A stretch of 64,000 nucleotides of DNA from Zancudomyces culisetae HAW-14-8 (lineage: Eukaryota > Fungi > Kickxellomycota), in NCBI GenBank assembly GCA_052426225.1, contig JBNJNM010000008.1:186001-250000 (forward strand), written 5' to 3'. Made by a program: the position numbers and the translations under genes. The notes under the pieces were generated by a model. The model saw nothing but the letters and a program-made list of their open reading frames with translations, had not been told where the DNA came from and searched no databases. Shown piece by piece: positions 60,119-64,000 of this stretch. Numbering within the stretch: the stretch's first letter is position 1; every line of letters begins with the position of its first letter.

Positions 60119-62779
60119 GGTGAAGTGATGGTTGGTTTCATACACGTATTATTGCTTATAATATATGTTTACGCTTTTGGCAAAGCAATATTTTTCTTAG
60201 AACTGATGGGGGTTGTATGTAATACAAATATTCTTGTTGACGTTTTTGCTTCGCTTTATAGTCAAGAATGTCGGTAAAAGCTTAATGCTTAATATGATTG
60301 ATGGAGTTTGGTGTAGTCCGGTATTTATGCTTAACTGCTTTGCATAGAGGTATAAGCCACTTGTCTAGTTAATATCAAGGCGCTATACTTTCTTAACCAC
60401 AGTGTTATTAAAACGCAATTAAATCTAATTCTTTTAACTTTTCTTTTTACAATATCTGACAGAAAACAGAATTAACTTGAAAAAAAGATTTTAATCTCGT
60501 GTCCCAATGCTTGAGGGTTTAATTTTATAACTCCCATATGTATCATTATTCATAAGTTGCTCGATTTACAAAACATACCGAGTTCTAGATCGTTTTTTTA
60601 TTACTTTAGTTATCTTGTACTAGATACTGTGAATCGACCGGCTTTGTAGAGCCAATCGAATCTATCAATAGAGAATAAATCTCATTGCCCTGGTTGAGAA
60701 GTTTTACTTGAATGAACCGAAACACTTGTCTAAGTTTGGCAACAAAGTGGCGGTGTATTTTTTTGGCAAGAAGCCATCAGCATACGAGAGCGGCAACATA
60801 CTAGCCAAAGACAATAGTATCATATTTTAGTTTTGATTTTGAGATTTGGTGAGAAACACTCTTGTTATTTAAAGCGATACTTTTGCTAGGGACATGATAA
60901 GCGTAAACTCTACTATTGATTGGTATTCATCAGCGAGGAGAGGACGTTTATGATTCAAAGCAACAAGTGATGGGTGTTTATCCTTGCAAGTTTTATTTGG
61001 TCTTAGAGACGACTAAGTCTGAAGTTCGTAGTGAAACATGGTTTTGCTTTGGTTGTAAACAATGTATGTGTAAAATAAAGTGATATTTACTTATACTCTT
61101 TCCTCTCCCGTTTGCATAACTTTGCTTTGCTTTTATTTTTTGGCAAATTAAAGATGTGACACTCAGTACAAACTATCCTAAATAAGTCCTGTATGCGCAA
61201 ATGAGAGGAATCGATATGAATCCAGTTTAACCCAACTTAGATGTGCTTCATGTAGCCCAAAAACGCTTTTTTTTTTTGATAAATGCTAATTAGCAAAACA
61301 TAACATTGTAACTTGTAGCTCTCCTGTTTTGTTTACTGGCTCCTATTATTCACAGAACTCTCCAAAATTTGCCAAAAAGTAAATCACAAATCGTCAAATT
61401 ATATCTTGTTCAGTCCAGAATGACCAAATAGCAAATAAAAAAAAGGGTTGTAATTTTGGTGCACTTGTTTGAAGATTGACTCTGAATGTTTAATCTATTG
61501 GTGGGGAAAAACTTTTGAAGTTTTTTAGGGCTACAAAGGGAAAAGTTCTCCATAAGCTGGCTTAAGCGTTGTGAGATACTTTCTTTTTTTCAAAATACTT
61601 GTGTTGCTTGCACTTTCTAGAAAAGAGCAGGATATCGTACGGAATTGGTCAGCATTAATGACAGCCACTCTTTCCGTTTAATTTAAAACTCATCAAAAAA
61701 ACGTAAATGTAAACGGAAGATATAAATCAGTACTTATAACAAAGTTAAAAAAAAAAGAAATACTTATGCATTCTTCACATATGGAATGGTGAAAAAAAAA
61801 CATGTATAGGCCTCTCACACTATATTTAACAGTCACCCATACAGAAAGAAGTATAGTGGTGCTAATTCTAGGAAAAGAAAAACGCGACAGCGACTCCTCC
61901 CCCCCCCTCCCCTCTAGTTTGCTTTCATAGTTTTTGAGTTTAAACACGTTTTGTCATTAAAATGCCTAATTTGTTTTTAAAGTGTCTGGAGCTCAAACAT
62001 AGTATTTGATCTGCCTTCCACCATATCTACCTATTTGCATAACATCTGAATATGTCTTTCCAGCCTTTTTACAAAAAAACAAAACAAAACAAATAAGGTT
62101 ACTCAACAACTCCGCTATATGAGCCTATAAAGGGATGTAAAGAAAGTCTAAACTAGAAGAAATGTGAATACACCTTTATAATGATCGTATAGAAATCTAA
62201 ACCCCGCTCACCGCCAACTACACGGTAACGATCCTCTCTCAAGAATTGAGTGATATAGCTTCTTATCTACACAGCTTGGGTTGTTTGTGAGAGGGATATG
62301 ATGAGCTCAAGCCACTCAACATTTTTACACCATCAATTTTCCTTTATATACATGTACATATCATCAGCCTTTTTAATGATAGTACTTGGCAAGCTTTCAG
62401 CATACCCCCCTTATGGTATACGCCTACCTAGGAAAGGTTTGCTTATAAGCTGGATGACCAAGTTGTGGGAATGAACATTAGGAAAGCAGATAAAATAATG
62501 TAAATCAGCATTTTGATTGGCAAAAAACGCGGTCATTAATTTTATAAAAATTACGACCCTTTTCTCCCCCTCCCCCTCCTGCTCCCCTACTATTCCTTTT
62601 TTCATTTTTCAATTTTCATTTTTCATTTTGCTTTGCCTTTTTGTTTTTCACAATCCAGAGGCTCAGAATTAAGAGACACAACTGCTCCAAAAATATAACA
62701 AATAAACATAATTAACAACCAAACTTTTACAAAGGTTCGCCTAACCCGCCACGACAATCGATTCTAATTTTACTACAGG

Positions 62780-63683
62780 ATGGCCTCACAATTGCTACCT
62801 CTAGGTAAGCATATCATTTTCTAAATCTGCCTCTTTTCAAATTAAAAATCGATGAAAAAGCCGTACTGGAAAAAAATATTTTGTGAATTGGAGGAAGTGT
62901 GAGTGGGTTGCTATACATATACGTATACAAGTATGCATGCATGAGAATTTAGCTAGTAAATGTAAAAATACTTGGTATACAATCGTGCTAAATTTATGCT
63001 TTAATAGAACTCATTGACAAGTGTATTGGTTCAAAGATATGGATAGTCATGAAATTTAACAGAGAATTCGTAGGTACTTTACTGGGCTTTGACGACTATG
63101 TCAGTAAGTATGATTTTCTTTCCTTTTTATTGAGAATATACGTGTATATGAGCCTAGATTAAAATAAAATATGCAAATCATTTTAATCCTTGATCCTGAA
63201 ACATTCTTCTGTAGATGTTGTACTTGAAGATGTAACGGAATAGTAAGAACCGCCTTCTTTTATTTTTAATTTCCAACTATTGGGATTATCTTGTTAAGCT
63301 ACTCCTATTCCTAGGCAATTAACGAAGATATCACCTCTCCTCGCTCACAAAAATGTAATTAATTATGTAACATCTCTTAGCGAAACACTGCCAGGAGGCG
63401 AGATCAAGACAAATACCCGAAAACAAATGTTATTGAATGGGAATAGTATTTGTATGGTAAGCATAAATTAGTATTTTGTACTTGAGTGCGTGAAGATTAT
63501 TAACAATCATATGTAACTACTGTACACGATATTGTCACACTCTAGCTTATACCCGGTGGTGAGTAAGTACAACGCCTACACATTGTTTACAGTTTTTTTT
63601 TGGTTTCTTTACATGAGATATATGCTAAATAAGAAACAAACCTACTAATTGATAGAGGACCAAAGGAAAAGAAGGATAGCTAA
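62780..63683 (+). CDS. LSM5: U6 snRNA-associated Sm-like protein LSm5 (89 aa); exons 62780-62804, 63008-63103, 63215-63242, 63381-63456, 63546-63562, 63656-63683
   Basis: Spliced translation [51 protein letters not shown]...[24 protein letters not shown]. Exons sum to 270 nt. Absent from the ORF track. Confidence 0.96.
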
Positions 63684-64000
63684 ATAAAGATGGTTGATTG
63701 TCCTGTAAATAAATCCTTGTCGCTTATTGTCTTGGAAAGAGTATACCACCCCTATACTATTATGTAGCCTTTTAAAAGACGTAGTTTTTAACTACATTCT
63801 CTCAAACTTAAATAGTACCTCTAGCAACGTTTTCTGTTATATCTCCAATATCCCCTCAAATATAATTGGTTTTACAGTCTTTTTCTTTTCTATTTTTTTA
63901 TCATAAAAGAGCGTTTCACCACGGAGATATAGAATCTATAAACTACTTTAAACTATATCTCATCCGGCCATTTAAATGCGAAGTTAGGCCAGAACTTGGC

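Overview
AT-rich eukaryotic nuclear DNA with short GT-AG spliceosomal introns. Gene content and intron style point to an early-diverging fungus; a Kickxellomycotina/Harpellales-like origin is my inference and is not proven. I can support 18 protein-coding genes. Recognisable ones are FOX2 (5'-truncated by the window), SQT1, a RluA-type pseudouridine synthase, a 3-repeat Myb factor, GIS2/CNBP, a Yap-like bZIP, TMEM234, an SH3 protein, PTAR1/ECM9, the PP2A A subunit, COX20, an ATG14-like protein, RPL13, POB3, a very long arrestin-like gene and LSM5 (missed by the ORF track). Three further ORFs are uncharacterised. There is also a decayed non-LTR retrotransposon fragment and several simple repeats. 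Exon models were built by hand from splice signals and frame continuity. I saw no tRNA, rRNA, CRISPR array or obvious multi-gene novel system. The most interesting signals are at RNA and composition level: a possible recursive splice site or cassette exon in GIS2, a structured 5'-UTR intron in RPL13, a candidate snoRNA plus stem-loop upstream of RPL13, an intron that could exonise the retroelement fragment, a uORF ahead of the bZIP gene, overlapping convergent coding ends, and kb-scale strand-skew domains that ignore gene orientation. All of these are hypotheses that need computation or RNA data.
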